NCBI GenBank assembly: GCA_021613535.1 | Contig: CP075494.1 | Location: 10,540,001-10,604,000 of the forward strand | Direction: 5' to 3' | Length of the DNA: 64,000 nucleotides | Source of the DNA: Adineta vaga | Taxonomy: Eukaryota; Animalia; Rotifera | Shown here: one piece after another, positions 1-10,742 of the stretch | Layout of the letters: the number at the start of each line of letters is the position of its first letter | Position numbering within the stretch: position 1 is the stretch's first letter | The notes under the pieces: generated by a model | The model's input: the letters and a program-made list of their open reading frames with translations, nothing else | The model's database searches: none | What the model was told of the DNA's origin: nothing | Translations under genes and position numbers: made by a program

Positions 1-1587
1 ATACCATCAAAATCGATCAGCACTTTAATAAACATTGTATCATCTACTACATATCCACTACTTCTTCCACCATCTTCGTCTATCGTAGATAATGCCATAA
101 ACTTTGGAATTCCACTTGCAATATTGAAGTCTGATCGTGGTCTCTGAAAACTATTCGATCGAATATCTGGTCGAAATGAATCGATCACATGTTTTCCTTG
201 ACCACTCTGATCATATAAGCAGAATGTTACTTTGTAATCGAATGGAAACTTGAGAATAGCATCATTGACACCACGCATCAACACAAAGAAAAGTGAGAGA
301 TGTGACCGTCGAGCATTTCCATCACCATAAAGGTACAGGCGAAGTCTCATCTTATAGCCATTTGATGATGAATAGAAGGGTGGAGAAAAGATCGATATTT
401 GTCGTTCAGATCGTGCATCATCTACAAATAAAGTTGAGCAAACGATCGAATATCTATTCACTTATGTGACTTACTCATCTTTTCTGTGACATTTGTTATT
501 TTCCATACAAATGTGCCATCATATGAAACATGTTCCAAATCATTGATTTTCTCTTTCAATGATGACAAATCTTGACGGAGAATGTCTAGATTTTGTTTGA
601 CACCTTCGACATAACTTCGTGATTCTTCTGTGGATAATTTCACTTGTGATGCCTCTTCGGCTAATGTATGAAGTTGTAGTTGAAGCTGAACTGATTCGCG
701 AGTGAGACGTTGTCCATCATCGATCAATGTCTCGACACCACTCATTAGAATACCAAGCACGTCTTCAACTTCTTGAAAATGACTCGGTGCAGTGTTATCT
801 GTTGTCATGGTGGTTGTTGGATAAGAATGATTGGTTTGATGTTGTGATATCATTTGTTGCACCACTTTCATCAGAATATGTTGATGCTGATGAGATTGAA
901 AATGTTCTTGTTTCTTGCCTCGAATGATCTAAAAGAGACGACGTTCTAGAGAAAAAGAGAGGAAGTAACAGTATGTCGATACTTGTTGATCACAGCCAAA
1001 ATCTTTGAGTAGACAGTTTGTTGTCACTTGTTGACATTGTAATAGTTGATGTTCAGAGAGTTTGTTGACAGAGTTGAACGACAGATTGCAGTATTGACAT
1101 GTTGGATGAGAGTGAAGTTCATCGAGATGTGGCTCGAAGAGAGATATGAAGAGACAGGTTAATAAATAGGTAGTGAAAGTGAATGAAGAAGGTTACCTGA
1201 TAGTCTTTCAAGATGCCTGTCCATGGACAGAGAAAACATTCGATTGATAGAGATTCCATTTCACGTTTGAAACCACGATCGAGTCGTATCTAATTGATGA
1301 GGTATGAATAGTAATCTAAGGTACAGGAAAGAGGTGATACTTACTAAATGTGTTGGTGTTTGTGTGTGACATACTGGGCATGTGATCATTGTTCTAAAAA
1401 GAAGAATAAAAGCTAATAATACAATATGATTGAAGAAGACATACTGTTGTTGAATATCTATGCATGATTTACATCGTCGATGACCACATTCACTAAGTTG
1501 AACAGGATCTTGTAGTATCAATGAACACTGAGAACAAATATAGATTACATTTAGAGTAGTTTTATTTTTGGCATCAAAACCTCCCAT
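1..1587 (-). CDS. TNF receptor-associated factor (TRAF)-family protein, multi-exon, 3' end runs off the window
   Basis: N-terminal RING (CSQC...CGHRRCKSC...CPVC), coiled coil (ORF 458..871) and MATH domain (YDGTFVWKI...SIFSPPFYSSSNGYKMRLRLYLYGDG...HLSLFFVLMRG...SGIPKF...DDTMFIKV) joined by short introns. Confidence 0.92.
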
Positions 1588-1824
1588 GATCTGCTGTAAG
1601 ATATTGCAAATGATTGTATCGTATCAAGTCGAAATTGTTAACTATAAGCGAAATTAAATGAGATAGAGACTAGAAGTACAATATATATAAAACAGTTCCT
1701 TAAATATATAGTTTGTAATCTATGCTTAAATTTATATTAATATATCAAGTGGAGAAAATGAAAAGAATCGAATGAATGGACAACTTGATTTAGTCGACTG
1801 CTAACATTATATTGACTTGTTGTA

Positions 1825-2647
1825 CAGGTTGATTCACTTATTTTTGCTCATTTTCCTTCGTCTACTTTGTTTTAGGAAACTTTCAAAATGTTTTCGTTTT
1901 TAAATGGTTAGATAGCGCAGTGATTACTCTACAGCCTGCCCACAGGTAATGCACTCATCCATTTTTAACCATCTGGTTGTCATAACTCTGAAACTTAAAA
2001 TGACAAAAACCTAAAATTTGCAGTATAGGGAGATATATGAAAACTGTAGCTCCACTAAAAATTTCGTGTCATTTGGTTGAACTGTTACGAATTTGGAGGG
2101 CTCGAAAGTCAAGGTAACACACTCATTCAAAAGGACCTCTTCCATCAGAGCGATCGAAAAAAGTTCACATTCCTGTAAACTTTCTCATGCTTAAGAAAAT
2201 GTTTTGATTTGTGTTTGTAGCTAAGACAGCAGACTTTACGATGGTAAGATCTTGTTTTTTTTGGAACCTTGTTCTTATAAAGAGTTATCAGTAAAGTATT
2301 ACAGTAACGTACTGATCGCTTTTTTTGTGTAGGTTTTTACGAAGTACATTTTACAGTTATAACACTAAGAGAGGATAATCTACTGCTACCAAACTGTAGA
2401 TTAACCTTTTATGATGTTACTAGTATTTCCATTTTTAGTTATTAGATTCTATTCCGAAAATTTGATCAATCTCTAAGAAGTATTAAAAACAAGTTTTGCA
2501 GAGCTATTTTCGTGAAAAAATCTATGTATTTTATCTTACAACTGATTTTTCATTCTTTTCTTTATCCTAGCCGTTTCAGAATTTATTTCGAAACATTTAA
2601 AATAATGAAAATAACGAGAAATGAGCAAAAATAAGTGGATCAATCTG
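1825..2647. mobile_element. Non-autonomous Tc1/mariner-type element (MITE), about 823 bp, TA target-site duplication
   Basis: Left end TA|CAGGTTGATTCACTTATTTTTGCTCATTT and right end AAATGAGCAAAAATAAGTGGATCAATCTG|TA form a 29-bp inverted repeat with 2 mismatches. TA flanks at 1823-1824 and 2648-2649. No internal ORF. Confidence 0.8.
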
Positions 2648-4941
2648 TATGTATATGTGCAATATAACAGCGACAGAAATCGAAAATTCTACGAAAACGA
2701 AGGAGGAAAGTTATAATGGGATAATCCGTTAAGAACAAAAATCGAAAGATTATATATACGAAGAAAATTACGTAATATCAGTAGGTAATTTCTCACTCAT
2801 TGTAAGGTATGATATGTTAAATCATACGCATAGAAATCAGACGAATTAACCCAGAGGAGAGAAGGATTAAATTGTCGGGGAAAAACCTAATCATGTAGAT
2901 ATATAATATCATTGATCAACTAACAGGAAATAATTAATCAAAAAGCAAAACAGAAACTATGTTTTGGATCAATTTAAGTTGCTGAAAAAGGATGTACTAA
3001 TCGACAGATAACTTGTCAGAATGAATAACATGAAATTCTATATAGTATCTTGTATAACTTGTCTTGATGTAATAATAGATTGGGAAGAGGAGTAGACAAT
3101 TTTTGAGATTGTTTTCCAATTTAAACTAATACAAGACCAACTGAAAATCTTATAAATAAATAAATATAAATCTAAATTCTTTCTGATAACAATTAGATCA
3201 TTCGAAATGCTTGGAATGATTTTTTTATATAGGATAGATATTTCCGAGTTACCATCAATCAGTAAGAGTACAATTTCAAGAAGAATTACATAAAAGCAAT
3301 CGTAACAAAAATACATGATTTAACATATTCTAATCTCATATTAGCATGTGTCTGTGTTTGGTTAATATAATGAAATAGAAAGTAGATTATTAGTTACACA
3401 ATAAATAATCATTTGTGTGCTAACATTTAGTAAATGTCAATCATAAATTTCCACTGATTAATGAGCATTCATACGCGTATACGTTTCTTGCTCTGGGAAA
3501 CTCAATTCTTTGGAAGTAATCTTCTAATTTCAACTAAATGGTAAAACAATTGAAGATATTCATTCCAGATTCTGGATGTATTGCAGGTTGTCAAACCGAA
3601 ATTTAATCCCATACGATCTTCAGCCGCTGAATAGATCGAAGACTAATAGTAATCTTCACGTCAATGTAATATTTCCGATATTCGTTAAAGAATAGATAAA
3701 TGCATTGTTTCGTAAACTATGCTCATGAAACCCAGTCTTAATTTGATCATCGGCAGAATGAAATGAAAATACCAAGTAAATGTAAACACACCATACTTCC
3801 TTGTTGTGAATGTTACGTTTGCTTAACTCAAAAATAGATTTGATAAATTAGTTTATCCCACCAATAGAACTCGAAAAGAACAATAACAATAATAATGTAA
3901 TAGACGAAGTAAACAATGTAATGTTTCATCAAATCAAAACGATCACTCTTGCATATCGAAGTAATGTATTTCCTATGAGTTGATAATAATATTTCCCAGT
4001 AGTTTTATTCTATTAGATAGTATACACGATGTTGTAAATATCAAGTAGATAAGTAATACTGAACAGTCATTATATAAATCTTTATGGAAATTTTCATGAA
4101 AACTACAATATAGAATAGAATTTCTAGCGATAATTATACATAGAGAGAAAAGCTCGCGTCTAAATGCTGTATTTAGTACTTGGGTGCATTAATTCTGGTG
4201 AATGGATATGTAATCTATTGAATCTTTCATTTCACATGTTGAAAAAATACTGTTTCTTATCCTCAGTTCCAACTGCTAATATCGTGATTCCTAAAAAATA
4301 AATCTATAAGTCTTAACAATAAAGCTGTTTGCTGTAATTCAGATCTTACTCACCAAAATTGGAATTTGTAACTTAAATCAATTCACTATATGTGTATTTC
4401 ATTTATTTCTACAATTGTCAATATATATATATATACTTTCATGTTCTTTATCTTATAGTGATGACTCATCATCTTGCTCTTTCTAGAAGAGAAAAGAATT
4501 GAATCGTATCGTCATGAATGCCAATGACTCACTCTGAGTCAATAAATTTCAAAATAATTTACGTTAGATTCGACTGCGCCAACAAAGATAAATGTTTTTA
4601 TTTCATTTAAAAACGACGTAACATCGGTTCTTCTAATAATTATAACTACACACGGATACAAATGAATTTTACATAAACAAAAGAAAAAGAAGAAGAGGAA
4701 GAAAACCTATTTTCATTCCATATGAAAACTAAACAATCAAACATACTTCTATTAAATTTCATCTATGTTACAACAAAAAGTAAGAGAAGATTTTTGATTG
4801 AGCACATAGTGCATACATCAGAAAATCATCCTGAGACAACAACAACAAAATAATAATAATGTATAGAGAGGATAAATGAATAATTGACAATCAATAAAAG
4901 AAAAAAAAGCATCTTTTTTTCTATACATCCTAATTCAATCT

Positions 4942-5470
<529 letters not shown>

Positions 5471-5704
5471 CTAAATAAGATGCTATCATCAAAACAATAC
5501 CTTATTCAACAAAAACAAACTCACTTATTTTATTGTTATAGTTGAGAAAAGAGCGAAGAACTATCTAGAAAAACAACAATGAAAATTATGTTTCGACAAG
5601 GTGAAATGAATCGACGACAGACAACACAACATCAAAAGACGAGAAAGAAACAGAAGTGTCAATCTGATCTGCACATACGTGTTAAAAATAATGAAAATTA
5701 TATT

Positions 5705-5728
5705 GATTGGTTAGAATATCAACCAATC
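5705..5728. promoter_or_regulatory. Inverted pair of CCAAT boxes in the H3.3/SNX27 divergent promoter
   Basis: GATTGGTT (5705-5712) and AACCAATC (5721-5728) lie in the 347-bp gap between head-to-head start codons. Confidence 0.45.
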
Positions 5729-5811
5729 GAATAAATTGATCGAAATATCAGGGATTTTCAACTCAACGAACGAGAACGAGTTGTAGAGTATTGATCTGAT
5801 CCGATCGAGTA

Positions 5812-7818
5812 ATGACTACTCAAGAAAATACTCAAATATCAAAACCTACACAAAGAACTATATGTATTAAAAAATCGAAAGATGGTTTTGGTTTTAATGT
5901 TCGTGGACAAGTAATTGAAGGTGGACAGATTAAATCTATACATGGGGAATTGTATGCACCATTACAACATGTTTCCGCTGTTTCTGATCAAGGTTCAGCT
6001 GAACAAGCTGGACTCCGTCTTGGAGATAAAATTCTTCAAGTGTACGTCATGAATTACCTTTATATGACTAACTATAGATCTGATCCTTGTGTAGGAATGG
6101 TAAGGATGTTGAAGGCGCATCACATAAACAAGTTGTCGATCTGATTAAACAGAGCGGTGATGAACTTCATCTTGTTGGTAAGTATCAATTTAATGATTGG
6201 AATTGAAACTCTACATCTGATTTTAAGTAATCGCTTCGAATGGCGATGAAAGACGGATGATGTTTTTTCCGTCGGAACATTCAAGTAATAATTCAAATGA
6301 TTATACTGAACGACGCTCATTAGCAATTACAATACCAGATTATAGTTTGTTAGAAGCAAATGGTGAAAAATTTCATGTAAGTTTCTAAAGAAAAACTGAT
6401 AGTTTATATCTTTATTTGTTTTGCCAGGTGTTCAATATTTATCTTGCTGGTAGTTGCTTTTTTTGTTTTTTTAATAGAACTTGTTGTTTCGTTGTATTTC
6501 TTAGGTCGACATTTATGTTCGAGACGTTATCGAGAATTTGATTCATTACATCAATTATTAAAACAAGAACATCCAGATTTTCCATTTAATCCATTACCAA
6601 AAAAATGGTTATTTAAATTATCTGATCAACAAACAGATGCACGACGACGTGGCCTTGAACAATACCTTGAAAAAAGTAAATAAATACGAAAAAAGAATCT
6701 ATTTTATTAATAAAGCTTAACATATATACATTTAGTTTGTTCCGTCCGTGCTGTCGGAGATAGTGATTTAGTACAAGATTTTCTATTCTCAGATACTTAT
6801 GAAGTAAGAGTAATAATAATCAAGGTTTATTTTTTATAAAACTATCCGTACAATTTCTTTTAGTCTGCTTCAACTCCAACTTATCTTGAGCTTAAAGTAA
6901 TGTTACCCGATCAATCAGTATCCATTCTGAAAGTACAGCGCTTTTACTCGACTGATAAAGTTTATGAAGTAGGAATAGAAAAACTTGTTTTCATTTATTC
7001 ATCTCAACGATGAGTTTAGATGCTCGTAGAAAAAATTGGTTTACCCAAACAATGTACACGTTACTTTTATCTATTTGAAAGTCTTGATTATCATTTCGGT
7101 AAGTAAATTTGTTTTGGGTGATATTCATAGTCAGATCATTTCGAAAGTTTAGAACGTAAACTTCATCCCAATGAATTTCCACAACAAATTTATATACACA
7201 ATTGTTATTCTGCAAATTCAACGTGTTTATCTTTACGAAAATTTGTTTTTTCACCAATGATTGAAAATCAACTTTTAAAATATCCATTAGCAAGAAATTA
7301 TCTTTATCGACAGGTAACACGATATGCACTTCACATGAGTCATATGTTCTTTGACTTATCACTTTGGACTCTTACGCGGTGAAATTTTGATGATTTTTTT
7401 CTAGGCAATGGATCAATTAAATTCAACAACTGATTATCGTTCAAATTTCAAAACATCTGATGAAGCTGAATACATAAAATATGCTCAAAGTTTAACTGAT
7501 ATTTATAATACAATAACATTTCCTCAATGTCCATGCAGTTCACGAAAAGATAACGATTATGTTATTTTATCATTAAATTCTACGCGTATTCATTTACATG
7601 CTTGTACGAAAGATGGTCAGCTAGATTCTGAACAAATTGCAAATTTTGATTGGAATACAATCGGACGATATTATCTTGTTGATGACGGTTTTATATTTGA
7701 ATATAAACGTTCAACAGTCAAATCAATTAAATTACAAACATTATTCGGACAATTTATGTTGGATTGTTTTGAATGTATTCTTAATGAATTACAATCATTG
7801 AACAATCACGAAGAATAG
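5812..7818 (+). CDS. SNX27: Sorting nexin-27 (PDZ + PX + FERM-like), multi-exon
   Basis: [36 protein letters not shown]; [20 protein letters not shown]...[27 protein letters not shown]; FERM F3-like [12 protein letters not shown]...[11 protein letters not shown]. Confidence 0.93.
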
Positions 7819-8284
7819 ATATCTGCTTTTCTCTCGTTCAGTAATCTCGCACGATAAGTGCAATTTCTTTTTGTTTCTGAATCTTTCTTTATTCCGGTGT
7901 AATTTATTTCAATATGTGATAACAGCTATTCGATATTGTATTCAAAACATTTTATTTTCTTCGTTGTTGTTTTTTTTATCATTAGAAAGTTATCATACAG
8001 TTTTTTTTCTCAGTTTATTTACGCAACGAATAAGATAAGAACAAACGATGTGAAGGTGTTTTATAAGATGGAGTTGAATTTTTTCTTTCCATATGCGCAT
8101 TTAATAATATACATCTATATTTTTCTCTTGCTTTTATTTATAATATAATAAAACGAAAGAATAAAAAAGCAAAACAAACGTAAATACCTATTTCATCATT
8201 TTGAAAAAATAAAAAATAAAAAAAAGAGTAAGTTAATAGACATTTTCTTTCTCATATCTTTGCATAATTTCGTTGTATTTCCAG

Positions 8285-9628
8285 ATGCATTTTTCCATTC
8301 CGGATACAACAGAAATCTCCGCTAAAAATAGCAGTAATCAACAAGCATATACTTTATTCAATATTCATATCAATGGTATTCATCATTGTAGTTTACGTTA
8401 TTCTCAATTACGTACATTTAATGATGAACTTCAACGTTTATTTCCGACAGCCATGGCAAATATTGACACATTTCCTCCGAAAAAATTCTTTAGTTTATCA
8501 GCAAAAGATACCGAAGAACGACGTCTATCACTTGAACATTATCTACAAGCTATTGTACAAAATCGATATATTATTACATCATCCTATTTCAAAGAATTTC
8601 TTCTCGGTGCTCAATGTGAAATATTTTCAAATGAATCAATTGATGGTAATGAAAAGATTAATTTAACGATTTGTTTGTTAAATAATCATGAGATAATTGT
8701 TGAAAATCTTTCAAAAAATGATAGTACATCACGTTTATTTGATCTATGTGGAACAAAAATACAGATTCAACAAGATCTATTAACTTATTTCGGTTTATTT
8801 TTCTATGAAATGAAAGATAATCAGCTGAATATTATTCGACCCTTATACGATTTTGAATCACCATACTTATCTTTGAAACAATTAAAAAAAACTTACAAAG
8901 AAGCATGTATTGTTTTGAAAAAATCCTACTGGGATTCAGATTTTGATATGAAAGTCATGGAAGATCGTCGTGCTCGTAATCTTCTCTTCGTTCAAGCACG
9001 ATATGAAATTGAACAAAGTCAAGATTTATATCCCAGTGATATTTATCGACAATTGGAGATCTTACATGAGAATAATTCTTTTAAAGATTATATTTTATTA
9101 GCTCGTACATCGAAATTCTATGGTCATATTCTATTAAAGCAATCTTCCATACTTTATCCAATAAGTGATACAAGTAAACAAAAGCTTTGTCAATGTTTAC
9201 TAAGTGTTGGCAATAATGAAATGATTTGTTGTATAAAATCCGATGAAAAAAAGAAAACCAAAGAAGTTTCGTTCAAAGTTACACGTATTCGATGTTGGAA
9301 AGTCAATTGGACAAAAACAGAAGTGAATATTGCATTTGAATATTTAATTAAAAAAGATAATTTACAATGGATTACAATTCATACTGAACAAGCGGCATTA
9401 GTGAGCAGTTGTTTACAAAGTATGGTCGATGAGATCTTAGCAAAACGAACAGGTGCAACTAGTCCACCAGCCGCAACAACAACAACAACAACAACAACTG
9501 AATCTGCAACACCAATAGATAAAACTTCTGGTCAAATCCGAAATGGATTAATGTTTCGAACAGAAACCAATTGGAAACAATTTGGTAATGATGAAATGCT
9601 TGACGAAGATAATGATGATGATTTATAA
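8285..9628 (+). CDS. SNX17: Sorting nexin-17 (PX + FERM-like), single coding exon
   Basis: MHFSIPDT...NIHINGIHHCSLRYSQL...FPPKKFFSL; LYDFESPYLSL; VLKKSYWD; FKVTRIRCW; acidic C-terminus ending DDDL like the Retriever-binding tail. Probable 5'UTR intron 8228-8284. Confidence 0.93.
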   Translation: MHFSIPDTTEISAKNSSNQQAYTLFNIHINGIHHCSLRYSQLRTFNDELQRLFPTAMANIDTFPPKKFFSLSAKDTEERRLSLEHYLQAIVQNRYIITSSYFKEFLLGAQCEIFSNESIDGNEKINLTICLLNNHEIIVENLSKNDSTSRLFDLCGTKIQIQQDLLTYFGLFFYEMKDNQLNIIRPLYDFESPYLSLKQLKKTYKEACIVLKKSYWDSDFDMKVMEDRRARNLLFVQARYEIEQSQDLYPSDIYRQLEILHENNSFKDYILLARTSKFYGHILLKQSSILYPISDTSKQKLCQCLLSVGNNEMICCIKSDEKKKTKEVSFKVTRIRCWKVNWTKTEVNIAFEYLIKKDNLQWITIHTEQAALVSSCLQSMVDEILAKRTGATSPPAATTTTTTTTESATPIDKTSGQIRNGLMFRTETNWKQFGNDEMLDEDNDDDL

Positions 9629-9909
9629 GAAGATAATTATCATTCCATACGATGCAATTTTTCTTCCTAAGATGCTAGAACTGACGATCAACTGTTTAGA
9701 CTAATTTTTTATGCCTAGTCAAATTTCGCTTCAATTGATTACAAATTGTTATTTCTTTCATAAATATAAATAATTCTTCGTCTTTCGATCAATTAGAAGA
9801 TTCTTTATTTTCAAACAAAACTTTTTATCTGACAATCAAAAAATAGTCCTAGAAAAGATCTTTTCATATCTGTCAATATATATATATATGTATGTATTGA
9901 TTATTATAT

Positions 9910-10433
9910 TCATTGATATGATGAATTGACGATATTTCGAAGAAATGTTCGAGGAAATTGTTTTCTTTTCATATTGATTGTCGTTCGTTTATGTTGTTGA
10001 TTTAAATTTGTACAATCTTGTTCAATTATTGTTGTTATTAATGAACGATATTTCTTACCGAATGTTATCAACATTTCATTCAGCTTTTCCTCATCATCAG
10101 CAATACTAGAAAATAAGAAAGTTTATAAATAAAATTCTTTGAATTTCTCACCTGCAAAGATAACCAAGAAATGAATAATGTGGTCGATTTGAATGCTGAT
10201 GAACACGTGAATGAGAATTTAAAAATCGACTCATTTCAGGAAATGGATGATAACCTGTTTCCCACTTACTATTCCAAGCGAAAAAAGAAAAACACAATAA
10301 TCATTATCATTAAATAAATCAATCTTTCAACTTACTGATCATAATCTAAATTAACTGGATGACTCGATATTTCATCACAACTAAACAATAGCAATAACAT
10401 ACAGATAAAAATTAAATAGATAATAGATTTCAT
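9910..10433 (-). CDS. Unannotated 136-aa secreted protein, neuropeptide-precursor-like (3 exons)
   Basis: Exons 10433-10336, 10268-10152 and 10105-9910 with GT-AG introns splice into one open frame: MKSIIYLIFICMLLLLFSCDEISSHPVNLDYDHKWETGYHPFPEMSRFLNSHSRVHQHSNRPHYSFLGYLCSIADDEEKLNEMLITFGKKYRSLITTIIEQDCTNLNQQHKRTTINMKRKQFPRTFLRNIVNSSYQ*. Hydrophobic signal peptide; GKK, KR and KRK sites; TATA-like run near 10520. Confidence 0.75.
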
Positions 10434-10742
10434 TGATATCCTATCTTGTACTTTTCTCTTTTTTTGAACTGAATAGATAATTAGATAAATATTATGTCAA
10501 TAGATCGAGTATCTGCTTATATATATATATCCATGGATGAAAGAAACAAGGTTTGTCGATACGACAAGACATTTTTGTGACAGTGGGCGTTCTGATTCCC
10601 AAGATAGACGGAATGTTAACTGATTCTTCAGCGTAGGTTTTCTGTTTATTGCTACATGTTAACTTTCCAGAACAATTAGAAATGTTTCTTTTTATCGTTT
10701 ATTTTGTAATTGACTGTCCTGTTTCCTTAAAGGCTTCTCTTG

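Noticed and set aside
3038-3316. 92-aa ORF as a transposase or RT fragment
   Set aside because: No DDE, RT or other recognisable motif; low-complexity AT-rich translation.
4181-4212. GGGTGCATTAATTCTGGTG as the partner TIR of the element end at 1930
   Set aside because: Only partial complementarity and no matching CTG|TA terminus.
8228-8284. Trans-splice acceptor / operon for SNX17 (TTTCCAG directly before ATG)
   Set aside because: A perfect GTAAGT donor at 8228 gives an ordinary 57-nt 5'UTR cis-intron.
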